A stretch of 64,000 bases of DNA from Balanoglossus misakiensis (taxonomy: Eukaryota > Animalia > Hemichordata): contig CM082577.2 in the NCBI GenBank assembly GCA_040954595.2, forward strand, positions 19,690,303 through 19,754,302, written 5' to 3'. The notes under the pieces were generated by a model that was not told the origin of the DNA, did not search any database, and was given only the letters and a program-made list of their open reading frames with translations. Below are positions 14,743 to 27,126 of this stretch, piece by piece. Position numbers and translations under genes: made by a program. How positions within the stretch are numbered: position 1 is the first letter of the stretch; each line of letters starts with the position of its first letter.

Positions 14743-15101
14743 CCAGTCTCTTGAACATGTTTGCAGAGTAACAGAAATGCTTCATGTTGAACTCCATGTG
14801 TGAAAAACACATCAAAACAATGCTGTTTTTGTACATTTGTAAGTTTCCCAAACCAATCTCGGTGAATTTGTTGAAGCAAGAAATCACAGAATCTTGTGTA
14901 GTGGTGCTTGCAGAATTCTTGCTTTGCAGCAACAATTGATGTTTCTGGAAAGTATGCAGTTTGCCTGCATTGGATATCAGGTAATAAGCCTGACAGACTT
15001 CCCAGAGTGTCTGTTGCAACTGTTACATCTTGTGTTGAAGATAAAATGTTCTGTGTTTCTCTCACATACCGACGCACTTCACCAACCAAGTCAAAATCCA
15101 T
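14743..15101 (-). CDS. TELO2: First coding exon of telomere length regulation protein TEL2 homolog (TTT complex)
   Basis: Motifs EVRRYVRETQNILSS, AKQEFCKHHY and FDVFFTHG...EAFLLL match, from memory, the vertebrate TELO2 N-terminus (EVRLAVREAIHALSS, EKEEFASAHF, SFFLEG..DQAFLVL). The minus-strand acceptor ttatttcag precedes 15151 and the donor GG|gtaagg follows 14743. Confidence 0.8.
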
Positions 15102-15755
15102 CGCTTCAGTTGCTTATCATTTATCTTACTGATGCATGTCAGCTGTTCTTTCTGAAATAATGATAAACACAACATGAATTGATTTACTTTACAATTAGTC
15201 AAAAAAACAGTGGTAGAATATTGGTATATTACATACCATACCATCTAATTACCTTATAAATAAATAAACAAACAAGCAGACAAACAAAAAAATAATTAAA
15301 TAAACAACAACAACCAACAATGCCACAGTTCCTTAGAGTTATTTTTATAATCCTGTGGATACATGGCACTGGAACTTTTTGATAAACTTTTACATGAAGT
15401 ACGTCATTTTTCCCACTACACTTGGCGGCATGACTTCACTGGCCAACTGAACTCAATGGGCGACTAGCTAGGAGATTTTATGAATTAACAGCAATAGTCC
15501 ATCATTTGGATATCTGGTGGGGGGAAATAATCCTGCTAAGTAAAATACGACGCCGCTCCAAAATTGTTGCAAGATACTGAATTATTTTAGTCCTGCCTCT
15601 TAGTCTTATAACGAAATATAAGAAGACTGATCATGTGATAAATATATATCCCATATTGATATCTTTCTGTGTTTAACGTCATTGTATACTCGTGGTTTGC
15701 GCGGAGGCGTACAACTTCTCGCCTACGGCTCAAAGTTGCACTGCTCCACAAAAAC

Positions 15756-16913
15756 TATGGAGTGTAATTCATGCCAAAATTAGCACCCAGCTTTTCGATG
15801 AGAGTATTCACTTTTCGATCAGAGCACCAAGCTTTTCGATCAGAGCACTAAAGCTTTTCGATGAGAGTACGTCAGCTTTTCGATGAGAGCACCCTCTTTT
15901 CGATGAGAGTACCTCAGCTTTTCGATGAGAGCACCCTCTTTTCGATGAGAGTACCTCAGCTTTTCGATAAGAGCACCTAGCTTTTGATCAGAGTTACCAT
16001 CCCACTTTTCGATGAGAGCACCCGCTTTTCGGTCAGAGCACCAAGCTTTTCGATAAAAGTATTCAGGTCTACTGGGGTGGGCTTAGGGGGTCTTATAGCG
16101 GTGCCCCGGAAGTTTAAAGTTTTGAAACTTTGACAGTGTGGACGCCCAATTTGTTTGCCGTTGCGTCGTGGACGTAGCCCAGTGATCAAATGCACGGGTT
16201 GGATTTTATAAGAAAATAACGTTTAGGTCTGCTTTGACTGGAACGCGTTAAGTGTACATGTTGTTATGGAAGTTTATTTTAGAACCGCTTGTGGCTTGCC
16301 CTTTGCTGTTTCGTTGTTTCGCGGTTTCGTTGTTTTGCAAAGTATAACTAGCCGTTGTTCTATTTGGAGTTGCTCAGATTCCATGAACTCGAGATTCTGT
16401 GCTTTCCTCAATCTACTGGCCGGTTTTGGTTCTCTGCTGAACCACTTCTCCGGCCTGGCATCAACACGGTGAACGGTTCGTGTTTTGAAGCCGTTTCCCA
16501 TGCACATGGTCAAAGTTTGACCTTCCGGTTTACTGATCTCCCTAGCATATTACTATAAATTTTATGGAAATTCCAGTGACGCGTTGTGACGTAGCCATGA
16601 CGCGTTGTGACGTAGGTAAAACGCCAGCGGGCCGAGTTGTAAAAACTCTTTAGTGAACTAGGGCGTCTGGGGTGCTCTCATCGAAAAGAGGGGCACTCTT
16701 TAATCGAAAAGAGGGTGTTCTCATCGAAAAGTGAATACTCTCATCGAAAAGCTGAGGTACTCTCATCGAAAAGAGGGTGCTCTCATCGAAAAGCTGACGT
16801 ACTCTCATCGAAAAGCTTTAGAGCTCTCATCGAAAAGCTTGGTGCTCTGATCGAAAAGTGAAAACTCTCATCGAAAAGCTGGGTGCTAATTTTGGCATGA
16901 ATTACACTCCATA
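15756..16913. mobile_element. Foldback-type non-autonomous TIR element with 7-bp TSD and subterminal short repeats
   Basis: TIR tatggagtgtaattcatgccaaaattagcacccagc..., followed by many ttttcgatgagag units mirrored at the right end; TSD caaaaac on both sides. Confidence 0.85.
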
Positions 16914-17214
16914 CAAAAACCACTCGTATACAATGACGTCAAACAAAGAAAGATATCATGAGATTACATCTTTTGATAATATGAATGGACAAACTGCCAT
17001 GCTGTAAACTCTGTCAGAGAAACAGTGTAGCTGCACAAGTGGAATGGGAATTCTCACTGGGGTCATAGCAATTTATGGGACAAAAAAATACACACAAAAA
17101 TAAACAAACAAATAATGTGGTGTCTTGAATTGAGCCGCCTGCTCGTGCGATCGAGCAGCTGACACAAAAAGTAAATTGGCTCAAAGGCCCAGTCTGTATG
17201 GTAATTAGGTGGTA

Positions 17215-17655
17215 CAGTGAAGCTTAGGAATAGCTTTCCAATTTGCTAACAACTTGCTGACATGGTGTTTATAATGCGTCAGCACAGTGTTAGCTCCTGT
17301 GTTAAGAAGGTGTGAATCTGCTGGCCCTGGCACTTAGCATTGTTCAGTGTTAGCATGTGCTACAAAGGTGTTAAACCTTGGCGCACCCTATTGTTTTTTG
17401 GCACACAGTGTTAGCCCATGTGTTACAAGTGTTACAAAGGTGTGAATCTGTTGGCCCTGGCACTTGCCATTGTTCAGTGTGAAACCTTGGCACACCCTAT
17501 TGTTTTGGCACACCCCAGTTAAACACAAGCCCAATAGGTGCTAATTAGAGCGCCAATAGGGTGCTAACCCAGAGTTGACCCAGTGTTTAAACAGAGTTGA
17601 CCCAGTGTTGGTGCAGGCGGAAAGCTATTCGGAAAGCTATTCCTAAGCTTCACTG
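17215..17655. mobile_element. Tc1/mariner-type MITE, copy 2
   Basis: TIR cagtgaagcttaggaatagctttcc, TA TSD. Confidence 0.85.
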
Positions 17656-17692
17656 TATGCTGTGTACTAATACTACACATCATACCACCTAA

Positions 17693-19419
17693 TTAGGGGA
17701 CCAAGCGCCTGAGGGCGCTTGGTCCCCTTCTGTTATTGCTGGAGTTTTTCTTCTTTCTTCTTGAGTCGTTTTTTTGCTCCCGTTTTTCTCAAAAATCCCT
17801 GGACCTACAGTGCAGCTTAGGAATAGCTTTCCAATTTGCTAACAACTTGCTGACACGGTGTTTATAATGGGCCAGCTCAGTGTTAGCCTGTGTGTTCCAA
17901 GTGTTACAAAGGTGTGAATCTGCTGGCCCTGGCACTTGGCATTGTTCAGTGTTAGCACCTTGGCACACCCTATTGTTTTGGCATACAGTGTTAGCCTGTG
18001 TGTTCCAAGTGTTACAAAGGTGTGAATCTGTTGGCCCTGGCACTTGGCATTGTTCAGTGTTAGCACCTTGGCGCACCCTATTGTTTTGGCACACCCCAGT
18101 TAAACACAAGCCCAATAGGTGCTAATTAGAGCGCCAATAGGGTGCCAACCCAGAGTTGACCCAGTGTTTAAACAGAGCTGACCCAGTGTTGGTGCAGTTG
18201 GAAAGCTATTCCTAAGCTGCACTGTACGCCTATGAAATTTGGCACGGTGGTTGGGGCCCATGAGTACTGGTGCACCTGCCCTTTGAATTTGTAATTACTC
18301 ACGTGACTTGGTGGCTATAATCGAGCGAAATTTTAAATTGACCTAATTTGCACGTTAATGGGGGCATGTACATTCTTTTCGCAATTTTTGAAGACCATGT
18401 GGCCAAAACCCCCTGTGCCAAATTTCAAGGTCCTAGGCCACGTCGATTTTGAGAAGAAGATTTTTGTAATATTTTTCGCATTTTTTGGTGGGCTGAGGAC
18501 GAACACTGGGGCATCGGACTTTGAACGACATTACGTAATGTTGTGGAGATCTCATTAGCAGGCGGGTTGCAGTAGTCCTTGGAAAATCGGCTGAAATACG
18601 TAAACAGACCAGTGATTATTTTCCACGGAATGAATTTTGGGACAACACATTATCGGAGTTCAGGCTGTGTTAGGGCGTTTTATTGAATTGCGCTGAGTTT
18701 GTTAGCTGTTGCCATTCAAATGTGTCTACGCAGACCCGGCTACACTGGTTAACATTCAATGTAATGCGGCAGCGGACTTTGACCCTCAGTCGCTAATGTT
18801 GTGGGAGGTTTCATCATTAGCATGGTAGTCACATGTAGTGGATAGTAGTTCGGGAAATTGGCCGAAATACGTAAGCAGACCAGTGATTTTCTTGCACATA
18901 GGGAGTATGGTACCAGCAATAATCAGAGATCAGGCTTCGTTGCCGTTCAAAAGTTCCTACTTCAGTCGTGACGTTGCAACTGGACGTTCAATATGGGGTT
19001 CGGCCCGCAGGTGGCCGTGGGGGTTATCAGGTCCCCCGTAATGGCACGCAGCTTCATGCAGCTGTATGGGACCAAAATAATACGCCCGATTCGGGGGTCA
19101 CCTGTGACACCGTACCTGCGTAACTCTATTATGTGCATGCGTAATTGTGGGGTCAATGAAAGGGATGCTAGCGTGGTATTTGTTGCACATGGATCAATAT
19201 GAAGTCCGATTTTCCTGTCAAGTTGTGGTCGACCTTATGTGACATTTCACCTACTTTTGCTTAGTGAATAACAGCAGATGCATGCAGCTTTGGCGTGGTG
19301 GGGGGGGGGGTATACGGATGGGACCATAATGATATACCAAAGGTGGGGTCACCTGTTGCACCTGCCTAAGTTATTAACTCTATGCTTCGGCCCCTTCAAT
19401 GCTGCTTGCAGCTTTAATT
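17693..19419 (+). mobile_element. Helentron/HINE-like element (ggggaccaagcg head family)
   Basis: 5' palindrome ggggaccaagcgcc...ggcgcttggtcccc; 3' gcttcggcccc + gctgcttgcagc + tttaatt. Confidence 0.75.
17808..18224. mobile_element. Tc1/mariner-type MITE, copy 3 (nested in Helentron-like element)
   Basis: Same TIR and TA TSD; near-identical to 10966-11374. Confidence 0.88.
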
Positions 19420-20774
19420 ACCATATGAATTAGAGCCTTTGACACAAGCCACTTCTTGTGTAAATTGCTTGGCTCAATTCGACACATTGTATCATGATGG
19501 TGGTGGTGGTGGTGGTTGATTATTTTCTTTCCCCAGCGCACCGATCTGTGACCCCCACGAGCTATGCAAATAATGTAACATTTTTCATTCATTAAGTCAA
19601 GTCGACTTTCCAGTTTTATACTCTTTACTCTTTGTCTACGAATCGGATTCGTGGATCACGCGGACCAGAATTTTGATACATTCTGCCTGTCAATCATCGT
19701 CACAACGAGCATGTCATCACGCATCGAGTTCACCCGCGAAGTCATGCCGCAAGTTACAGTTTGATAGAAAAAGTGACGTGCTTCATGTAAAACTTTATGA
19801 AAAAACAAACACAGTTCCAGTGCCATGTTTCCTAAAACCGTTAATGTGACAGGATATTAAAAATATTACTCTAACTTCTAAGGAACGATGTTCACGGTTG
19901 TGTTTGCGGCAGCCTGGTGAGGTCAAGTCAGCGGCGCAGTGGGTTGGTGTTTCCGTAGAAATAGGCCAACAAACGCTCGTAGCGGCATAACATCTCAGCT
20001 TTGATGATGTAGCTTGATTTTGAAGTTTTGTAAAAATATTCCTTTTGAATGTTTTATGCCAAGTTAAGTAATGTAAAAGGCAAGCTCAACATATGACAAG
20101 TGTTATGTAAATGTATGCAAATTAGCCAATAGGCTATAATTGGGGAGAACACTGTTTGCCTTTTTGACTACACAGATCCATGATTTACTAAACTGATATA
20201 CTGGTACCTGTGCACCAACGGTTTTATTTATAAGTATACCATTTATACAACACATCACACAACCAACAACAGAAAATTGGTTCTGTCTTGCCAACATTTA
20301 TGCACTACACAGGGGTTTCGTTAGTAGCTGGCAGCCAGAGAAATTACCAGGTTACTCTCGTGGATTCTCCGGCTAGCCTACTTTCAGGACTATTACGTAC
20401 ATGGGATCGTGTGATCGGGGAAATTTGTCATTGAAAACCGGGAAAGTTTGCTGGAAAAAAAACGCTCATTAACTTTTTTAAGATTAACCCTAACGCTGGT
20501 CAATTTAAATAGGCAGTGATAACAAAGCCGTCACCATCGGCCGCGAAGTTCAAATGTGATTGAATTTGACTGGGTACAACTTGGAAATAGACGTTTTTCC
20601 ACTCATTTGCAGGTCGATAGATCAAGTGAAGCCCAAATTAGGTCAGTGAGATAAATTTCAATGCCTATGATGGCATAATTTAATCGATCGCTCGTGAATG
20701 GGGTGATAGTTCTGGGCCTTGAAGATGGCCCATGTGCCCAGATCAGGGCATGTCCATTCCACCCTAGATGGGAG

Positions 20775-21860
20775 CAGGGCTCGAAATTAGCGGTAGTCCC
20801 GCGTCCACAGACTACCAACTTTTCCCTGGGGCTACCAAAATCTGCGTAATGGTAGCCCCCGCGGACTACCAAAACTTTGCGTGTGCGATCGACGCGATGT
20901 TGATCGCTTTGACCTGATCAACGCTCACACGCGTACACGGCCCGATCAAACCAGCACTGTACAGCAAGACTGTGACATTGTTATGCAAATTAAAATCCAC
21001 AGTGCGTGCAGAAGAATGTTTGATACAAACTTTCAATAAAAGTATCAATATCTGAACTGACGTAGGCATGGGAAACTTTAGCCAATGAAAAGGCATTTTC
21101 ATCAAAATTTGATTACAATGTATCAATCGAAAAAATTTAAATCGCGACCCTAGGCCCTACTAAACGGACAAATTTACTCGACGGACTTATATCTCTAAAT
21201 GTAAATATGAGTATCGTAAATTATTTCCGACGACAAGTGCCACGCGATGAACCATCATCATCTAGCGACAACCCCCCTGTCAACGAACCTGTCAACGAAC
21301 CGACAAAGCCTGTTCGAGTTAGAAAATTTCAACGATCGTGGATGATCAGCTTTTTTCTGAAGTGTACAAGATGTCCCATGACAGCGGAGAAAAATAGCTA
21401 AATTAATGGGAACGCGATTGTACCGTTGTCATTCTGAAATTCATGGCTAATAACTGTAGTCTATTTTTAGTCTTGTTATGTCTCCTCCCCTGCTGATCAC
21501 TGTGGTCGTTGTCATGGCGAATGTAAAAATTTGCATATAACCTCTGCGTATTAATAGGTCATCAAACTTTTGGGTGTCGCCCTTGTCTGGACATGTACAT
21601 GCTATTCTTATACAGGGTATGATCTGCATGCAGCCAGCCAGGTACTAGAAAAAAAATTCATGAGCACAAGTCAATCATGAAAAAAAAATATTTTTATTTT
21701 TTTCTTATGAGATTGATGAAAAAAATATCCTTCACAGAAAAAAAATATCACTCTTCATTGAAAAGGTGTGCAGGCTACCAGACCTTGTCACGGGGCTACC
21801 AACTTCAGAAAATGGTAGCCCAAGTGGACTACCAGTGAAAAAAGTTAATTTCGAGCCCTG
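20775..21860 (+). mobile_element. Internally deleted hAT-like element with 5-bp TSD
   Basis: TIR cagggctcgaaatta, TSD gggag. Internal ORF 21207..21401 (MSIVNYF...RKFQRSW) resembles the start of hAT transposases with a TTF-type zinc finger. Confidence 0.75.
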
Positions 21861-22012
21861 GGGAGTGACGTTGGGCGACCTAGGTCATGTTTTCCACGAG
21901 TGACGTTGGGCGACCTAGGTCGTGTTTTCCAAGATTATGGTGAGTTTTTTTACAGTTATCTACAACATCGACAAACTTAGCAAGAAATGACACATTGATT
22001 TTTCTTTAATTT

Positions 22013-25000
22013 TTAGGGTTTCGAGACCAGAGGGGTCTCGAAACCCTCTTGAAATCGTGTTGTTTTTTATTATTAGGGTTTCGAGACCAGAGGGGTCTCG
22101 AAACCCTCTTGAAATCGTGTTGTTTTTTATTATTATTATTCTTCTTCCCACTTTTAAAAACAGCCGCTATTCGAAGACCGTTGCACCCAATGACTTGAAA
22201 TTTGGCTCATAGGTAAAACTCAAAGCAAGTAATTTTCTGATCATGTCACTATGGCAACAGGTCACATGACCTGGCAGCCATCTTGGATTTAAACTTTTAA
22301 ATTGGTCTCATTTGCATAAAAAATGAAGAATCCAAATTCTGTTCAGAAACTGTGTGGACCATATGGCCAGGGTCCTATATGCCAAATTTCAATGTCTAAG
22401 TCCTTGCCGATTTTGAGGAGATGATTTTTAAAGCATTATTTTTCATATTTTCCATGACCATTGGACCCAGCCATTGGCCTATACTTTCCATGGTTAAGCA
22501 ATGGCCCCCTAGGATTTTAGATTTATGCCCAATATCTCAACATCCGCTGGGCTGATCAGCTTCAAATTTTGTGTGCAGCTAGCCTACCTTCCGACAATCA
22601 TTTCCAACTGGAAAAAATAATATGGAAAATCGACCGATTTTTTTATATTAATTTTTTTATGAAATCTATACCTATACTTATTCAACTATACTTTAGCTAT
22701 GGCCACATAGTTTTGTAGAATTCTGGTCGGTGCAATAGTCTGCAGCATAGGACCAAAATAAGAAGCCAAATTTAAGGCTCACCTGTGACACCTGCTAAAC
22801 TCATTAATTATGTGCATACCTAATTCCAGGCAAACCAATAGGGCTACAGGTCTGGTTTTTGTCGGACATGGACCAGTATGGGGTAAAAAAAAATTCCCAA
22901 ATGTTGGGTGAACTTGGGTGACCTTTGACCTATTTTCGCATATCTCAGCATCCAGAGCAGGTACAGCTCAGGTGTTTGGGTGGATGGGACCAAAATAAGA
23001 AGCCAAATTTAAGGCTCACCTGTGACACCTGCTCAACTCATTTATTATGTGCATACCTAATTCCAGGCAAACCAATAGGGCTACAGGTCTGGTTTTTGTC
23101 GGACATGGACCAGTATGGGGTCAAATTTTTTCCCCAAATTTTGGGTGACCTTGGGTGACCTTTGACCTACTTTCGCATATCTCAGCATCCAGAGCAGGTA
23201 CAGCTCAGGTGTTTGGGTGGATGGGACCAAAATAAGAAGCCAAATTTAAGGCTCACCTGTGACACCTGCTCAACTCATTAACTATGTGCATACCTAATTC
23301 CAGGCAAACCAATAGGGCTACAGGTCTGGTTTTTGTCGGACATGGACCAGTATGGGGTCAATTTTCCCCCCCCCAAATTTTGGGTGACCTTGGGTGACCT
23401 TTGACCTACTTTCGCATATCTCAGCATCCAGAGCAGATACAGCTTGGGTGTTTGGGTGGATGGGACCAAAATAAGAAGCCAAATTTAAGGCTCACCTGTG
23501 ACACCTGCTTAACTCATTAACTATGTGCATACCTAATTCCAGGCAAACCAATAGGGCTACAGGTCTGGTTTTTGTCGGACATGGACCAGTATTGGGACAA
23601 TTTTTTTTCCCAAATTTTGGATGTCCTTGGGTGACCTTTGACCTACTTTCACATATCTCGGCATCCAGAGCAGGTACAGCTTAGGTGTTTGGGTGGACGG
23701 GACCAAAATAAGAAGCCAAATTTTAGAGTCACCTGTGACACCTGCCTAACTCATTAATTATGTGCATACCTTATTCCAGGTAAACCAGTAGGGCTACAGG
23801 TCTGGTTTTTGTTTGACATGGACCAGTATAGCGTAACCTTTGACCTACTTTTCCACATCTCAGCATCCACAGCACATACACCCTTGGCATTTGGAGTGAT
23901 AGAACAACTAATGCAGTAATTAAATATGCACAAATCTATCTCCAGGCGAACCAATAGGGCTAGTAGTGTCTCGAAACCCGCTTATTGCTGTTCACAGCTA
24001 TATTTATTATTATTATTATTATTATTCTTCTTCCCACTTTTAAAAACAGCCGCTATTCGAAGACCGTTGCACCCAATGACTTGAAATTTGGCTCATAGGT
24101 AAAACTCAAAGCAAGTAATTTTTTGATCATGTCACTATGGCAACAGGTCACATGACCTGGCAGCCATCTTGGATTTAAACTTTTAAATTGGTCTAATTTG
24201 CATAAAAAATGAAGAATCCAAATTCTGTTCAGAAACTTTGTGGACCATATGGCCAGGGTCCTATATGCCAAATTTCAATGTCTAAGTCCTTGCCGATTTT
24301 GAGGAGATGATTTTTAAAGCATTATTTTTCATATTTTCCATGACCATTGGACCCAGCCATTGGCCTATACTTTCCATGGTTAAGCAATGGCCCCCTAGGA
24401 TTTTAGATTTATGCCCAATATCTCAACATCTGCTGGGCTGATCAGCTTCAAATTTTGTGTGCAGCTAGCCTACCTTCCGACAATCAGTTCCAACTGGAAA
24501 AAATAATATGGAAAATTGACCGATTTTTTTATATTAATTTTTTTATGAAATCTATACCTATACTTATTCCACTATACTTAAGCTATGGCCACATAGTTTT
24601 GTAGAATTCTGGTCGGTGCAATAGTCTGCAGCATTGGACCAAAATAAGAAGCCAAATTTAAGGCTCACCTGTGACACCTGCTCAACTCATTAATTATGTG
24701 CATACCTAATTCCAGTCAAACCAACAGGGCTACAGGTCTGATTTTTGTCGGACATGGACCAGTATGGGGTCAAATTTTTTCCCCGGAATTTTGGGTGACC
24801 TTGGGTGACCTTTGACCTACTTTCGCATATCTCAGCATCCAGAGCAGGTACAGCTCAGGTGTTTGGGTGGTTGGGACCAAAATAAGAAGCCAAATTTAAG
24901 GCTCACCTGTGACACCTGCTCAACTCATTAATTATGTGCATACCTAATTCCAGGCAAACCAATAGGGCTACAGGTCTGGTTTTTGTCGGACATGGACCAG

Positions 25001-25927
25001 TATGGGGTCAAATTTTTCCCCAGAATTTTGGGTGACCTTGGGTGACCTTTGACCTACTTTCGCATATCTCAGCATCCAGAGCAGGTACAGCTCAGGTGTT
25101 TGGGTGGATGGGACCAAAATAAGAAGCCAAATTTAAGGCTCACCTGTGACACCTGCTCAACTCATTAACTATGTGCATACCTAATTCCAGGCAAACCAAT
25201 AGGGCTACAGGTCTGGTTTTTGTCGGACATGGACCAGTATGGGGTCAAATTTTTTCCCAGAATTTTGGGTGACCTTGGGTGACCTTTGACCTACTTTCGC
25301 ATATCTCAGCATCCAGAGCAGGTACAGCTCAGGTGTTTGGGTGGATGGGACCAAAATAAGAAGCCAAATTTAAGGCTCACCTGTGACACCTGCTCAACTC
25401 ATTAACTATGTGCATACCTAATTCCAGGCAAACCAATAGGGCTACAGGTCTGGTTTTTGTCGGACATGGACCAGTTTGGGGTCAAATTTTTTCCCCAAAT
25501 TTTGGGTGACCTTGGGTGACCTTTGACCTACTTTTGCATACCTCAGCATCCAGAGCAGGTACAGCTTAGGTGTTTGGGTGGACGGGACCAAAATAAGAAG
25601 CCAAATTTTAGAGTCACTTGTGACACCTGCTTAACTCATTAATTATGTGCATACCTAATTCCAGGCAAACCAGTAGGGCTACAGGTCTGGTTTTTGTTTG
25701 ACATGGACCAGTATAGCGTAAACATTTTCTGCTCATATTAAGCGTGACCTCACGTGACCTTTGACCTACTTTTCCACATCTCAGCATCCACAGCACATAC
25801 ACCCTTGGCATTTGGAGTGATAGAACAACTAATGCAGTAATTAAATATGCACAAATCTATCTCCAGGCGAACCAATAGGGCTAGTAGTGTCTCGAAACCC
25901 GCTTATTGCTGTTCACAGCTATATTTT
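22013..25927 (+). mobile_element. Self-nested pair of Helentron/HINE-like elements with internal ~237-bp tandem repeats
   Basis: Two heads gggtttcgagacc...ggtctcgaaaccc (22016, 22076) and two tails gtctcgaaaccc + gctg-ttca-cagc hairpin (~24003, ~25925); five internal ~237-bp units per body. Confidence 0.82.
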
Positions 25928-26307
25928 ATTATTATCATCATCATCATCATCAACAACAATAACAACAACAACATTTCCTACGCCCCCTGTGAAATACATG
26001 TATATTCATACTTTCTGAGACAACACCAAACAAACAAACGCGACGAGGAACAGACTACTACCGTAGCGCAGTTAGTGCAGGTGACTGATGTTGACGTACC
26101 CCGGTGATGTACATGTGAAGTGAACAGACAGTTTTCAAATTCGTCGGCTATTTGTACAAATATCTCAGCTCCTGCACATCAAGGAAACATTTTGTAGTGA
26201 AACAGTTATAGCGCAGCACGGGCCGCTCGCGTAGCGAGCACTTTAGATAGCGCGTGTACGATAATGAGGGATTTATATGGGAAATAGAATGTATATCTCT
26301 ATACCTA

Positions 26308-27126
26308 CAGTGCAGCTTAGGAATAGCTTTCCAATTTGCTAACAACTTGCTGACATGGTGTTTATAATGCGTCAGCACAGTGTTAGCTCATGTGTTACAA
26401 AGGTGTGAATCTGCTGGCCCTGGCACTTGGCATTGTTCAGTGTTAGCATGTGCTACAAAGGTGTTAAACCTTGGCGCACCCTATTGTTTTTTGGCACACA
26501 GTGTTAGCCTGTGTGTTCCAAGTGTTACAAAGGTGTGAATCTGTTGGCCCTGGCACTTGACATTGTTCAGTGTTAGCATGTGCTACAAAGGTGTTAAACC
26601 TTGGCGCACCCTATTGTTTTTTGGCACACAGTGTTAGCCCATGTGTCACAAGTGTTACAAAGGTGTGAATCTGTTGGCCCTGGCACTTGGCATTGTTCAG
26701 TGTTAGCATGTGCTACAAAGGTGTTAAACCTTGGCGCACCCTATTGTTTTTTGGCACACAGTGTTAGCCTGTGTGTTCCAAGTGTTACAAAGGTGTGAAT
26801 CTGTTGGCCCTGGCACTTGACATTGTTCAGTGTTAGCATGTGCTACAAAGGTGTTAAACCTTGGCGCACCCTATTGTTTTTTGGCACACAGTGTTAGCCC
26901 ATGTGTCACAAGTGTTACAAAGGTGTGAATCTGTTGGCCCTGGCACTTGGCATTGTTCAGTGTGAAACCTTGGCGCACCCTATTGTTTTGGCACACCCCA
27001 GTTAAACACAAGGCCAATAGGTGCTAATTAGAGCGCCAATAGGGTGCTAACCCAGAGTTGACCCAGTGTTTAAACAGAGTTGACCCAGTGTTGGTGCAGG
27101 CGGAAAGCTATTCCTAAGCTTCACTG
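26308..27126. mobile_element. Tc1/mariner-type MITE, copy 4 with expanded internal tandem array
   Basis: Same TIRs and TA TSD; about five internal units of ~120-130 bp. Confidence 0.88.

Noticed and set aside
15790-16060. Regularly spaced ttttcgatgagag repeats resembling a CRISPR array
   Set aside because: Spacers are only a few bases and not unique, the array is mirrored at the other end of a TIR element, there are no cas genes, and the context is eukaryotic.
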